Origin: Myxococcota bacterium | GTDB taxonomy: Bacteria; Myxococcota_A; UBA9160; PR03 | DNA: 64,000 bases | NCBI GenBank assembly: GCA_041611735.1 | Contig: JBFIML010000003.1 | Coordinates: forward strand, 32,001 to 96,000 | Direction of reading: 5' to 3' | Part shown: positions 8,328-18,152 of the stretch, one piece after another | Layout of the letters: each line of letters begins with the position of its first letter | Numbering within the stretch: position 1 is the first letter of the stretch | Position numbers and translations under genes: made by a program | The notes under the pieces: generated by a model | Told to the model about the DNA's origin: nothing | Seen by the model: only the letters and a program-made list of their open reading frames with translations | The model's database searches: none

Positions 8328-10136
8328 CTAGCCCCGCCGCGCGCGGCTCGGCGCCTTGCGGCTCTTCTTCCCGGCCGCCTTGCGCCGGCGCCGGCCGTCC
8401 TTGAGCGCCGCCAGCAGCTTCGTGACGGGCCGCGTGTTGAGCACGTCCGCGGCCGTGGCCCAGCCGCGCCGCGCCAGGGGAATGCCGTACTCGTCCAGGT
8501 AGCGCAGCCCCTTCACGCTGTGGGCGTCCGAGTCGATCACCAACGGCACGCCCGCCTCCACGGCTTTGCGCACGTGCTCGTCCTTGAGGTCCAGCCGCTC
8601 CGGCTGCGCGTCGATCTCGAGAGCCGTCCCGGTGCGCCGGGCCGTCTCGAGGATCGCGTCGAAGTCCAGGTTCACCGCCTCACGCCGGCCCAGAGCCCGG
8701 CAGGTCGGGTGGAACAGCACGTCCACATGTGGGTTCTCCATGGCGCGGATCAGCCGCTTCGTCATCTGGGCGCGCGACTGCTTGAACTGGCCGTGCACCG
8801 CGGCACCCACCACGTCGAGCTTCGCCAGTACCTCGTCGGCCACGTCGAGGCTCCCGTCCGCACGGATGTTGACCTCCGCGCCGGAAAGCACCCGGAAGCC
8901 TCGCAGCCGCTCGTTCAGCTTGCGGATCGCGTCGCGCTGCTCGAGTAGCTTCTGCTCGTCACAGCCCCGCGCCATGGTCAGATCCCGGGTGTGGTCGGTG
9001 ATGGCCACGTACTCCAGCCCGAGCGCGCGGGCCGCCTCCACCATGTCCTCGATCGAGTTGGCGCCGTCGGTCCAATCGGTCTGGATCTGGAGGTCGCCCC
9101 GCAGGCTCCCGGGCTCGATCAGCTCCGGGAGCGAACCGCGGCGGGCCGCTTCGATCTCACCTCGGTCTTCGCGCAGTTCGGGGGGGATGAAGGCCAGGTC
9201 GAGTGCCTCGAAGACCTCCTCCTCCGTGCGCCCGGCGACGCGCTTGCGCCCGCGGAACAGGCCATATTCGTTGAGCTTGAGGCCTGCGTCCTGGGCGATG
9301 CGCCGCATCACCACGTTGTGGTCCTTGCTGCCCGTGAAGTAGTGGAGCGCCGCACCGAAGCTCTCTTCCTCCACCACGCGCAGGTCCGCATCGATGCCAA
9401 CTGCCAGGCGGACCATGCTCTTGGTGGACCCATGGGCGTGCACGTGAACGACCTCGGGCATGGACACGAAGCGCTCCATCACCGCCTCGGGCTGGCCCGA
9501 CACCACCAGGAAGTCGAGGTCGCCCACCGTCTCCCGCCGCCGGCGCAGGGAGCCCGCGGCCACCGCCCGCTTCACGTGGCGGTCCGCGGAGAGGCGCACC
9601 TCGATCTCCCGGGCCAGCGCAAGCACCTGGCCGATCGGCATGCGCCCACCGGCCTGCTTCTGGAACTCGATGCCCCGCAGGATCTTCTGCTCGCTCTTCT
9701 CGCCGAAGTGGGGCAGCTCGCGGATGTGGCCGCGACGGGCCGCCTTCTCCAGGTGGGCCAGGGTGCGAATGCCGAGGCGGTCGTGGAGCGCCTTCACCAT
9801 CCGCGCACCGAGCCCCTCCACGGCCGTGAGCGCGAGCACGTCCACCGGCGTCTTGCGCCGCATGACCTCGAGCTCCTCGATGCGGCCCGTCTCCAGCAGC
9901 TCGGCGATCTTCTCGGCGATGCCCTTGCCGATGCTCGGCAGGGTCTGGATCGCTTTGGCGCCGCCCTCGCGCCACAGCTCCCTTACCGGCTGTTCGCTGG
10001 CCTCCACGGAGTAGGCGGCCTTCTCGTAGGCGCGGGGCTTGAACTCGACCCCTTCCATCTCGAGGAAGAGGGACATCTCGCGAAGCGTCCGCGCGATCTC
10101 GCCGTTGCCGAGGGCTCGCGTCGACCGGCGCGCCAT
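8328..10136 (-). CDS. polX: DNA polymerase X with C-terminal PHP domain
   Basis: HhH motifs, AGSLRRRRETVGDLDFLV, YFTGSKDHN, LNEYGLF, IPPELRE; PHP motifs TDH, FHPT, DSDAH. Confidence 0.93.
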   Translation of the reverse strand: MARRSTRALGNGEIARTLREMSLFLEMEGVEFKPRAYEKAAYSVEASEQPVRELWREGGAKAIQTLPSIGKGIAEKIAELLETGRIEELEVMRRKTPVDVLALTAVEGLGARMVKALHDRLGIRTLAHLEKAARRGHIRELPHFGEKSEQKILRGIEFQKQAGGRMPIGQVLALAREIEVRLSADRHVKRAVAAGSLRRRRETVGDLDFLVVSGQPEAVMERFVSMPEVVHVHAHGSTKSMVRLAVGIDADLRVVEEESFGAALHYFTGSKDHNVVMRRIAQDAGLKLNEYGLFRGRKRVAGRTEEEVFEALDLAFIPPELREDRGEIEAARRGSLPELIEPGSLRGDLQIQTDWTDGANSIEDMVEAARALGLEYVAITDHTRDLTMARGCDEQKLLEQRDAIRKLNERLRGFRVLSGAEVNIRADGSLDVADEVLAKLDVVGAAVHGQFKQSRAQMTKRLIRAMENPHVDVLFHPTCRALGRREAVNLDFDAILETARRTGTALEIDAQPERLDLKDEHVRKAVEAGVPLVIDSDAHSVKGLRYLDEYGIPLARRGWATAADVLNTRPVTKLLAALKDGRRRRKAAGKKSRKAPSRARRG

Positions 10137-10271
10137 GCAGGGATTGTAGTCGACGCCTCGGAGACACGTCGGGTCCCTCTGCCCGCGGCGATTTCGGCGG
10201 TGCCCTGGCACGCCGAATGGCGTAGACTGGATCCCGGCGGCCGACCCGCTCGCGCCGCGGGGAGGAAAGGC

Positions 10272-10757
10272 GTGGAGGTCGCTGGCGTGTCCTGGACCTT
10301 GATCGCGGCGGGTGTCGTCGGCCTGCTGATCGGAATCGGGCTCGGGATGCTCCTGGGACGCCGCAGCGGCCACCACGCCGCCCGGGTGCGTCGGCTCACC
10401 GAGGATCTGGAGGCATCGCGTCAGGAGCTCTCCCGCTACCGGGGGCAGGTGGGCGACCACTTCACGCGCACCTCGGACCTGCTGCGCCGCATGACGCTCC
10501 AGTACCGGGCCGTGTACGACCACCTGGCCGAGGGGGCGCGGACGCTCTCACCCGACGGGGCCGCCGCCCTGGCGGCGGGAATGCGCGAGGCGCCGCTGCC
10601 CCTGGAGGCCGGCGAGCAGCAGGGTCCGTCCGGCGAGCCGGCCCTCGAGCCGCTCGAGACGGATCCGGAGCCGGAAGATCTGGAGCAGGACCAAGAGGAG
10701 GATCCGGCGCTGGCGACGAAGGAGCTCTTCGAGGAGGAGCGCGCGCGGCGACGCTGA
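10272..10757 (+). CDS. YhcB/ZapG (DUF1043) family membrane-anchored coiled-coil protein
   Basis: N-terminal TM then ELSRYRGQVGDHFTRTSDLL...YRAVYDHLAEGA; acidic tail. Confidence 0.8.
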   Translation: MEVAGVSWTLIAAGVVGLLIGIGLGMLLGRRSGHHAARVRRLTEDLEASRQELSRYRGQVGDHFTRTSDLLRRMTLQYRAVYDHLAEGARTLSPDGAAALAAGMREAPLPLEAGEQQGPSGEPALEPLETDPEPEDLEQDQEEDPALATKELFEEERARRR

Positions 10758-10766
10758 GCCCGCGGG

Positions 10767-11285
10767 TCAGTCCTCCGCGGCGAACAGCCCCTCGTAGGAA
10801 CCCGCAACCAGGTGCTCCGCCTGGATCCCGAGTTCGCGCACCAGGAATGCGACTCGTCCACGGGCGGCGGCATCGTCGCCCTCGCGGCCGTCCAGCTGCG
10901 CCTCGAGCTCCACGAAGCTCCCGAGCCCCTCTACCCGATCCAGGTGGATGCGCACGTTCTCGTACAGGAAGATCTCGCGCTCCTTGCGCACCACCCGGTG
11001 CACGCCGAGGATGCGGCCGAGCAGATCGCGCAGGCTTTCGGGATCGGACACCGGGATCACGCGGTAGGCGGATCGCCGTGGGCCGGGCGTGTCGGGGCGC
11101 AGGTAGGGAATCAACTGGCCGCCGGCCAGGGACGATTCGCGCAGCTTGAGACGACCGGTGCCAGTGCGGAAGTAGGTGTCGGTCTGGCGGTCCAGACCCA
11201 CGTGCACGGTGGCCACGCGCCGGGCGCGTTCGCGCATGGGCGCCAGGCCGGGACAGCGGGCCTTGATCTCGAGGTTCGTGTGCAC
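10767..11285 (-). CDS. CYTH-domain protein (class IV adenylate cyclase-like)
   Basis: NLEIKAR, QTDTYF, RLKLR, VRKEREIF, IHLDRVEGLGSFVELE. Confidence 0.88.
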   Translation of the reverse strand: MHTNLEIKARCPGLAPMRERARRVATVHVGLDRQTDTYFRTGTGRLKLRESSLAGGQLIPYLRPDTPGPRRSAYRVIPVSDPESLRDLLGRILGVHRVVRKEREIFLYENVRIHLDRVEGLGSFVELEAQLDGREGDDAAARGRVAFLVRELGIQAEHLVAGSYEGLFAAED

Positions 11286-11352
11286 GCTCCCCGTCACCCC
11301 CGGGACCCGACTTTGCGGCGAGGCTAGCCCGCGGCTAGCGTGCGCGCCCGCC

Positions 11353-12234
11353 ATGGCGCTCTCGTCCTCGCTGGTCGCGGGAGCGGCGCTCGCGCTCGGC
11401 TCCGCCCTGGCGTGGGCGGTGCTGGATGCCCTGCGCAAGCGCCTGGCCCGGGACCTCTCGGCGCCCGCCATCGTGCTCGGAATCACGGCGCCCCAGGTGC
11501 CCCTCCACCTGACCTTGGCGCTGCGCGAGGACTCCCTGGTGCTGGAGCCCGGCTTCGTTCCGCTCACGCTCCTGGCCGCGCTCCTCGCCTTGACCGCGAA
11601 CCTGCTGTTCGTGCGGGCCGTGCGGGGCTCACCGCTCTCCTCCACGGTCCCCTACCTGAGCTTCACGCCGGTGTTCACGCTGGGCGCCGGCGCGCTCTTG
11701 CTGGGACAGCTGCCGGGCCTCGGCGGCATCGTGGGCGTGGGGGCCGTGGCGGCCGGGGCCTTGCTCCTGGACGTCCCGGCCCGCCAGGCCTGGCGCGCGC
11801 CCTGGCGGGCGCTGGCGCGCGAGCCGGGCAGTCGCATCATGCTGCTGGTGGCGCTCTGCTTCGCGCTGACCAATGCCATCGACCGCCTCGCCATCCTGCG
11901 CGCCTCGGAGCCGGCCTACGCGGCGCTCCTCACCGGGTCGATCGCGCTCGCCCTCGTGGCCCTGCCGACGGTGCGCCGGGAGCTCGCGAAGCGGCGCCGC
12001 CTGCTCGGGTGGCTGGCGCTGGCCGGCGTGGCGGGGGCGGCCGCGCTGCTGCTCCAGTTCCTGAGCTACCGCTTCCTGTACGTGGCCTACGTGGACGCGG
12101 TGAAGCGCGCCGGTGGCAACGTCCTCGCGGTCGTGCTGGGGGTCGCCTTCTTCGCCGAGGGCCACCTCGGCCGGCGGCTGGCGGCTGCGGCGCTCATGGG
12201 CGCCGGCGTGGTCTTCGTCCTGCTGGCGGGGTGA
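11353..12234 (+). CDS. DMT/EamA family transporter
   Basis: About 10 hydrophobic segments; SPLSSTVPYLSFTPVF. Confidence 0.85.
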   Translation: MALSSSLVAGAALALGSALAWAVLDALRKRLARDLSAPAIVLGITAPQVPLHLTLALREDSLVLEPGFVPLTLLAALLALTANLLFVRAVRGSPLSSTVPYLSFTPVFTLGAGALLLGQLPGLGGIVGVGAVAAGALLLDVPARQAWRAPWRALAREPGSRIMLLVALCFALTNAIDRLAILRASEPAYAALLTGSIALALVALPTVRRELAKRRRLLGWLALAGVAGAAALLLQFLSYRFLYVAYVDAVKRAGGNVLAVVLGVAFFAEGHLGRRLAAAALMGAGVVFVLLAG

Positions 12235-12240
12235 GCCGCC

Positions 12241-13803
12241 TCACCCCATCTCGCGGGCCTCCACGTCGGGCGTCTCCCGGGCGAAGTAGCTGCGCGTCTC
12301 CCGCGCCACGAGCCCCGAGAGCACCAGCAAGCCGATCAGGTTGGGGAGCGCCATCAAGCCGTTCATCAGGTCCGAGAACAGCCAGATCGAGGGTCCGAAG
12401 AAGAGCGGCCCGACCACCACCATGGCCGCGAAGACCAGCCGATACGGCAGCACCACGGCATACCCGAAGAGGTATTGGAGTGATTTCTCCCCGTAGTAGC
12501 TCCAGCCGAGGATCGTGGAGAAGGCGAAGAGCGCGAGACCGAGCGACACGATGACGCCGCCCCAGTTGCCGGGCAGGCTCTCTCGGAACGCGAGGGTCGT
12601 CCACTCGGAGCCGCTCACCACCTTCCAGCGCGCCACGGGGGCCAGGTCCGCGGCCTCCGGCAGCAGCTGCGCGGCCCGTTCCGGGAAGGCCCGATCCAAG
12701 GGATCGAGGGCGCCTCGATCGCGGGACTCGACCAACGTGGCGGTCACACCGGCCAGCTCCCCGGCTTCGAAGTCGCCCGCCCTCTCCAGGTCGCGAAACA
12801 CCGTGGTGAGGATCACGAGGCCCGTGAGCGTGCAGATCACGAGCGTATCGATGAAGGTCTGCGTCATCGAGACCAGTGCCTGCCGCACCGGCTCGCGGGT
12901 CGCCGCCGCGGCAGCGGCGATGCCGGCGGAGCCGAGCCCGCTCTCGTTCGAGAAGATTCCGCGCGCCACTCCGAAGCGGATCGCCGCGGAGACGCTGGCG
13001 CCCAGGACGCCTCCCGCCAGGGCGCCTCCGCCGAAGGCTCCCTCGAAGACGGCGGCGAGCGCCGCGGGGACGTACTGCGCGTTCAGGACCACGACCACGA
13101 GCGCCCCCGCCCCGTAGATCAGCACCATGACCGGCACGAGCAGGGCGGCGAAGCGACCGATCGTCTTGATCCCGCCCAGGATGACCGCCCCGACCAGTAG
13201 CGCGATGACCAGGCTCGTGTGCAGCGGGTCGAAGCCGAAGGTCGCGCGCAGGGCGTTGCCCACCTCCCGCGACTGCACCCCGTTGCCGATTCCGAAGGCG
13301 GCGATCGCCGCGGCGGCGGCGAAGAACGCCCCCAGGGCCCGCCCGGCCCGGGGCCAGGGCAGCCCACGCGCCAGGAAGTACATGGGACCCCCCGACATGT
13401 GGCCGCGCTCGTCCACCACGCGGAAGCGCACCGACAGCATGGCCTCCGCGTACTTCGTGGCCATGCCCACCAACCCGGTGACCCACATCCAGAACAGCGC
13501 ACCCGGCCCCCCGGCGGCGATGGCAGTGGCCACGCCGGCGATGTTCCCGGTTCCGACCGTGGCCGCCAACGCCGTCATGAGCGCCTGGAAATGGGAGATG
13601 TCGCCCTCGGCACCACGCTCGCGACGTTTCACGAGTCCGAGCCAGAGGGAGTGGCCGAGCTCCCGGAACTGGAGCCCGCGCAGGAGCACGCTGAGGTAGA
13701 GCCCGGTGCCGACCAGGAGGGGGATCAGCAGGAAGGGACCCCAGACGATGCCGGAGACCCGCTCGAGCAGCGCGCTCAGAAGGGACGCTTCCGCCTGGCT
13801 CAT
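12241..13803 (-). CDS. Alanine/glycine:cation symporter (AGCS) family
   Basis: [53 protein letters not shown]. Confidence 0.95.
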   Translation of the reverse strand: MSQAEASLLSALLERVSGIVWGPFLLIPLLVGTGLYLSVLLRGLQFRELGHSLWLGLVKRRERGAEGDISHFQALMTALAATVGTGNIAGVATAIAAGGPGALFWMWVTGLVGMATKYAEAMLSVRFRVVDERGHMSGGPMYFLARGLPWPRAGRALGAFFAAAAAIAAFGIGNGVQSREVGNALRATFGFDPLHTSLVIALLVGAVILGGIKTIGRFAALLVPVMVLIYGAGALVVVVLNAQYVPAALAAVFEGAFGGGALAGGVLGASVSAAIRFGVARGIFSNESGLGSAGIAAAAAATREPVRQALVSMTQTFIDTLVICTLTGLVILTTVFRDLERAGDFEAGELAGVTATLVESRDRGALDPLDRAFPERAAQLLPEAADLAPVARWKVVSGSEWTTLAFRESLPGNWGGVIVSLGLALFAFSTILGWSYYGEKSLQYLFGYAVVLPYRLVFAAMVVVGPLFFGPSIWLFSDLMNGLMALPNLIGLLVLSGLVARETRSYFARETPDVEAREMG

Positions 13804-13844
13804 TCCGACCCGACACGGGGAGGAGCGCTAGGAGGGCGGAAGGG

Positions 13845-13873
13845 AGGCTAGGGGGCGCGCCGCGCCGGGTCAA
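13845..13873 (-). promoter_or_regulatory. Putative sigma70 promoter of the AGCS gene
   Basis: TTGACC-N17-TAGCCT on the minus strand. Confidence 0.55.
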
Positions 13874-14035
13874 CCGTGAGCCGCGCTGCGCGCACGGCGG
13901 CTAGAATCGGCCGCGACCGCCGGGGGGCGCGGCGCGGGGGGCGAGGCGACGGAGCAAGCGACTGGACCGCAGCCGGAGGGCATCCCGGCGCTCGGACCGG
14001 CTGCCAAGGCCGTCTACGGCCTGGGCGACCACACC

Positions 14036-15352
14036 GTGAACGCCGCCCTGGCCGCGCTCTCCATGCACTACCTCTTCTTCCTGACCGAGGTGGTGGGGTT
14101 GAGGCCCGCGCTGGCCGGCCTGGTGCCCTGGGTGGGTCGCATCGTGGACGCCCTCACCGACCCGATCATGGGCCGGATCTCGGACCGCACCGCCTGGCGG
14201 CGCGGCCGGCGGCGCCCCTACTTCCTGATCGGCGCCCTTCCCTTCGGCCTCGCCTTCGCCCTGCTGTGGCTCGACGTGCCCATCGAATCCCAGCTCGGGC
14301 GCTTCCTCTACTACGCCGCCGCCTACGTCTTCTTCAGCGTGGCCGTGACGGTGCTGTCGGTGCCCTACCTGGCGCTGATCCCGGAGATGGCCTTCGACTA
14401 CCAGGAGCGCACCAACCTGAACAGCTTCCGGGCCGCCGGCGCGATGCTCGGTGCCGTGGTGGCGGTGGGCCTGCGCAGCCTGGCGCAGCAGGCGGGCGGC
14501 GGCGCTACGGGCTTCGCCGCTGCAGGCGCTGCGTTCGGGGTCTGGCTGGCCGTGCCCTGGCTCGCGGTCTGGGCGGTGAGCTGGGAGCGCCCGGGGTTCC
14601 GACGCCCGGTGCACACCGGGCTGGGTGTGGCCCTGCGCGACCTCTTCCGTCACCGCGCCTACCGGGTCGTGGCCACCCTGTTCCTGTTCTCGCGCATCGC
14701 CGTGGATCTCGTGCTGGCCATGCTGATCTTCTACTTCGAGTACTGGATGCGCCGCCCCGGCGACTTCGAGTGGAGCATGTTCCTGCTCCTGGCGAGCGTG
14801 CTGCTGGCGCTCCCGGTCTGGCTGCGCATCTCCACCCGCACGGACAAGCGCACGCTCTTCCTGGCGGGAGCGGCCGCCTGGGTGGGGGTTCAGCTCGCCT
14901 TCCTGGCGGCCAACCCGGATTGGCCGCGCTGGCTGGTCCTGGCGCTGGCCTGCTGGGCGGGCCTGGCCTACGCGGCCATCGAGGTGATGCCCTGGTCGAT
15001 GCTGGGCGACGTGGTGGACGAGGACGAGCTGCAGAGCGGAGAGCGTCGCGAAGGCCTGTATGCCGGGTCCTTCATGTTCCTGCGCAAGCTCGGAGGGCCG
15101 AGCGGGGTGCTGCTGGCGGGCGTGGTGCTGGATGCCACGGGCTTCGGCCGCTCGGAGCCTCCGCCCGAGGCGGCGATCGGGGCGATCCGGGCCTTGACCG
15201 CCCTGGCGCCGCTCGCCTTCGTGGCGCTCGCCGCCTGGGCCGCCAGCCGCTACCCGCTCTCGCGCGCGGCCCACGCGCGCATCCTTCAGGCGCTGGCGGC
15301 GCGTCGCTCGGGATCCCGGGCCACGAGCCCCGACTCGCACAGCGCCTCGTAG
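14036..15352 (+). CDS. MFS transporter, glycoside-pentoside-hexuronide (MelB-like) family; true start probably further upstream
   Basis: DALTDPIMGRISDRT..GRRRPY, PYLALIPEM, DVVDEDELQSGERREGLY. Confidence 0.9.
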   Translation: MNAALAALSMHYLFFLTEVVGLRPALAGLVPWVGRIVDALTDPIMGRISDRTAWRRGRRRPYFLIGALPFGLAFALLWLDVPIESQLGRFLYYAAAYVFFSVAVTVLSVPYLALIPEMAFDYQERTNLNSFRAAGAMLGAVVAVGLRSLAQQAGGGATGFAAAGAAFGVWLAVPWLAVWAVSWERPGFRRPVHTGLGVALRDLFRHRAYRVVATLFLFSRIAVDLVLAMLIFYFEYWMRRPGDFEWSMFLLLASVLLALPVWLRISTRTDKRTLFLAGAAAWVGVQLAFLAANPDWPRWLVLALACWAGLAYAAIEVMPWSMLGDVVDEDELQSGERREGLYAGSFMFLRKLGGPSGVLLAGVVLDATGFGRSEPPPEAAIGAIRALTALAPLAFVALAAWAASRYPLSRAAHARILQALAARRSGSRATSPDSHSAS

Positions 15353-16743
15353 AGGAAGCGCCGCACCGAGCCGTGCAGCAGGAAGGTCACGTGGGCGCCG
15401 GGGTACCAGAGGATCTTCGGCCGGTCCCAGTGGCGCCACAGGTCGCGCACCTGCTCGGGCGGGACGAGCCGGTCGGCGGTGCCACCGAAGATGTAGCGCC
15501 GCTCCTTGGGCACCCGCGGACCCAAGGCGAGCGGCGCCACCGGGCGCAGCACCTGCTCCATGGCGGCCGGGCCGAGGCCCGCGCGCTCGGCCTCGCGCAT
15601 GTCGCGCGGCGGGCCGTGCCACCAGTACATGCGCGTGAAGTCCGCCAGCGGAATGCCCGGGATGGCGCAGGCGAGGCCGTCCGTCACCGAGGCGAGCAAC
15701 GCCGTGTTGTACCCGCCCAGCGAGAGGCCACAGACCCCCACGGTGCTTCCGCCCTGGGCACGGATCCAGGACAGCAGACGCCGCATGTCCCACACCGCCT
15801 GCGCCTCGGCGTGCACCGTGTCCAGGAGATCGCCCGAGAGGAAGCCGTCCCCGCTCACGGCCCCGATCCGACGCGGGCCATGCAGGGGCAGCACCGGCAG
15901 GAGCAGGTTGAGCCCGAGCCGGTGATGGAGCCAGCCGGCCCGGAAGGCCGCCAGGTCTACCGCGGGCGAACCCATCTGGTAGCCGTGGATGCAAACCAGC
16001 CAGGGGCGCCCCGGCGACTGGTGGCGCATCACCCAGGCCCACCCGGTGCGGCAGCGGGGATACGAGAGCCAGCGCTCGCGCCCCGGCTCGTCGGCGTGGG
16101 GCTCGTAGCCGCTGTCGAAGGAGAGTCGCTCGAAGTTCAGCCCTCGGGCCCGCGCCGGCCGCAGCTCCACCTTCTCGAGCGGCGGCGGGAGGACGTGGTA
16201 GGAGGCCGGCTCGTCCAGCCAGCCGTGCTCGGCGAAGCATTCGAGGGCCTCGCGAGCCTCGCTGTGGATCTCCTGGCGGCGGGTGCGCAGCGCCAGGGGC
16301 AGCGCGAGGTTCATGGTCCCGAGCAGGTGGACGTTCAAGGCCCCGAGCAGCCCCTCGTCGAGGGCGGCCTCCGCGGCGAAGCGCGCGGAGCGGGGCGCCT
16401 CCGGCACCTCCTCCGCCGCAGGGAAGGCGCGGGCGGAGAGCCAACCCGCCGCCAGGAAGGAGGCCACCGAGAGTGCCGTCAAGAGCAGGCCCCAGAGCGG
16501 GCCGGCCCAGAAGAAGGCGGTCAGGCCGACGACGGTCCCGGCCAGGCCCCCCAGCGCCCCGAAGTGCACGGCGCGCGGGTCGCCGGGCCACAGCCCCGTG
16601 GCCACCCCCGCCGAGAGCAGCATGGAGCCCGGCAGCGCCGCCAACAGGTAGGCGGCCCAGCCCCCGCTCGACGCGGAGGCGAACCACACGAGCCCGGCCA
16701 GGACCAGGACCCAGGCCTCGTGCAGCCAACGCGTACGCCTCAT
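15286..16743 (-). CDS. Membrane-anchored alpha/beta hydrolase
   Basis: About 4 N-terminal TM segments; CIHGY, LPLHGPR, GLSLGG, ADRLVP, PGAH. Confidence 0.85.
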   Translation of the reverse strand: MRRTRWLHEAWVLVLAGLVWFASASSGGWAAYLLAALPGSMLLSAGVATGLWPGDPRAVHFGALGGLAGTVVGLTAFFWAGPLWGLLLTALSVASFLAAGWLSARAFPAAEEVPEAPRSARFAAEAALDEGLLGALNVHLLGTMNLALPLALRTRRQEIHSEAREALECFAEHGWLDEPASYHVLPPPLEKVELRPARARGLNFERLSFDSGYEPHADEPGRERWLSYPRCRTGWAWVMRHQSPGRPWLVCIHGYQMGSPAVDLAAFRAGWLHHRLGLNLLLPVLPLHGPRRIGAVSGDGFLSGDLLDTVHAEAQAVWDMRRLLSWIRAQGGSTVGVCGLSLGGYNTALLASVTDGLACAIPGIPLADFTRMYWWHGPPRDMREAERAGLGPAAMEQVLRPVAPLALGPRVPKERRYIFGGTADRLVPPEQVRDLWRHWDRPKILWYPGAHVTFLLHGSVRRFLYEALCESGLVARDPERRAASA

Positions 16744-16768
16744 GGACTCCTGCCTCCCGGCCGCCTCT

Positions 16769-18103
16769 CTAGCCCAGACCCAGCCGCTTCGCCGCTTCGG
16801 CGCGCAGCCCCTCCCGCAGCTCCGGGTGCGCCAGGGCGAGCAGGGCCCGGGCCCGCTCCTCCACCGTGCGGCCGGCCAGCTCCGCGGCGCCCCACTCGGT
16901 GATCACCACGTCCACCTGATGACGCGGCGTGGTGACGGCGGCTCCCTCCGGCAGCGCCGCTACGATGCGCGAGACGCGGCGGCCGTCCACCTGGGCGGAG
17001 CAGGGCAGGCAGATGAGCGAACGCCCGCCTTCGGAGAAGGCGGGCCCCATGGCGAAATCCTCGTGGCCGCCGATCCCCGAGTGCTGCCGGCCGTCGATCG
17101 TGTCCGCCATCACCTGCCCCAGCAGATCCACGGCCAGCGCTCCATTGATGGCGATCATGCGGCGATTGCGAGCGATCGTCACGGGGTCGTTCACGGCCCA
17201 GACGGGCAGGAAGCGCACGTCCTCCCGGCCGTCCAGCCAGCGGTAGAGCTCGTTGGTCCCGGCCGCGAATGTGGTGACCGAGTAGCCGTCGTGGACGCCC
17301 TTGCGGTTGGTGACCTTGCCGGCCTGGTGGAGTCGCATCAGCCCCGTGGTGAACATCTCCGTGTGGATGCCGTAGTCGCCGCCGGGGCCAGCCGCCAGCA
17401 GCTCCGCCACCTCGCTGGGAACGCCCCCGATGCCGGTCTGGAGCGTGGCGCCGTCGGGAACGAAGGTCCGGACGTGCTCCGCGATGGCCCGGTCCACGGC
17501 GCTGGGCTCCGGGTCGGGCAGCTCGAAGAGGGGTCGATCGCTCTCCACGACGAGGTCGGCCTCCTCGACGTGGAGGGCGTGGGGATGCTGGGGCGGAAGC
17601 CCGAGTGTACGCGGCACGCGCGGATTCACCTCCACCACGAGCAGACGCTCGGGATCGCGCCCGGCACTGCGCAGTGCCTCCACGGTGGCGCCGGCGTGCA
17701 GCCCGAGGCTCATGCGCCCGTCCGCATCGGGCGGTGCGGCGAGGGTGGCCATCACGCGCGGGCGCAGGCGCCGACCGATGGCGGCGAAGCGGCGAAAGTC
17801 GGCGGGAACGAAGCGGACCTCGTGTCCGGCCTCCACCCAGGCGCGCTCGAGGGGTCCGAAGAAGCCCGAGAGCAGGCGCACGCCGGGACGCGTGAAGAGG
17901 CGGTAGGGCTCGGTGACGAGCGCGGCGAAGACCGTGAGGGCGCGGAAGTCGTCGCGCTCGCCGAGGGCGTGCAGGAAGGCTGCCGGCTGCCCGGTGCCCA
18001 CGGGAACCGCCAGGGCGTCGTCGGCCCGCACCCGGGCGGCCGCTTCCGCCGCGGAGACACGCTTCGCCTCGAGTCCGTGGGTTCCGCCCAGTCGGGCCTC
18101 CAC
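16769..18103 (-). CDS. Acetyl-CoA hydrolase/transferase (4-hydroxybutyrate CoA-transferase-like); start uncertain
   Basis: DGATLQTGIGGVP, GIHTEM, SGIGGHEDF, VVITEWGAAEL. Confidence 0.9.
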   Translation of the reverse strand: MEARLGGTHGLEAKRVSAAEAAARVRADDALAVPVGTGQPAAFLHALGERDDFRALTVFAALVTEPYRLFTRPGVRLLSGFFGPLERAWVEAGHEVRFVPADFRRFAAIGRRLRPRVMATLAAPPDADGRMSLGLHAGATVEALRSAGRDPERLLVVEVNPRVPRTLGLPPQHPHALHVEEADLVVESDRPLFELPDPEPSAVDRAIAEHVRTFVPDGATLQTGIGGVPSEVAELLAAGPGGDYGIHTEMFTTGLMRLHQAGKVTNRKGVHDGYSVTTFAAGTNELYRWLDGREDVRFLPVWAVNDPVTIARNRRMIAINGALAVDLLGQVMADTIDGRQHSGIGGHEDFAMGPAFSEGGRSLICLPCSAQVDGRRVSRIVAALPEGAAVTTPRHQVDVVITEWGAAELAGRTVEERARALLALAHPELREGLRAEAAKRLGLG

Positions 18104-18152
18104 GCAAGGCGGCCCCGGCGGGCCGCCCGGTCCGGTATACAATCGACGGGGC

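Noticed and set aside
10767-11285. CYTH protein as the cAMP source for the GAF-fused exporter
   Set aside because: More than 40 kb away with no linkage, and many CYTH proteins are triphosphatases rather than cyclases.
13804-13900. Glycine riboswitch ahead of the AGCS symporter
   Set aside because: Leader after the predicted promoter is only about 35 nt and lacks the aptamer motifs.
13876-16902. Very long Arg/Pro/Gly-rich ORFs (also 4114-6810, 45634-48810, 40838-43285 and others)
   Set aside because: Off-frame or antisense products of high GC; no motifs, and they overlap well-supported genes.
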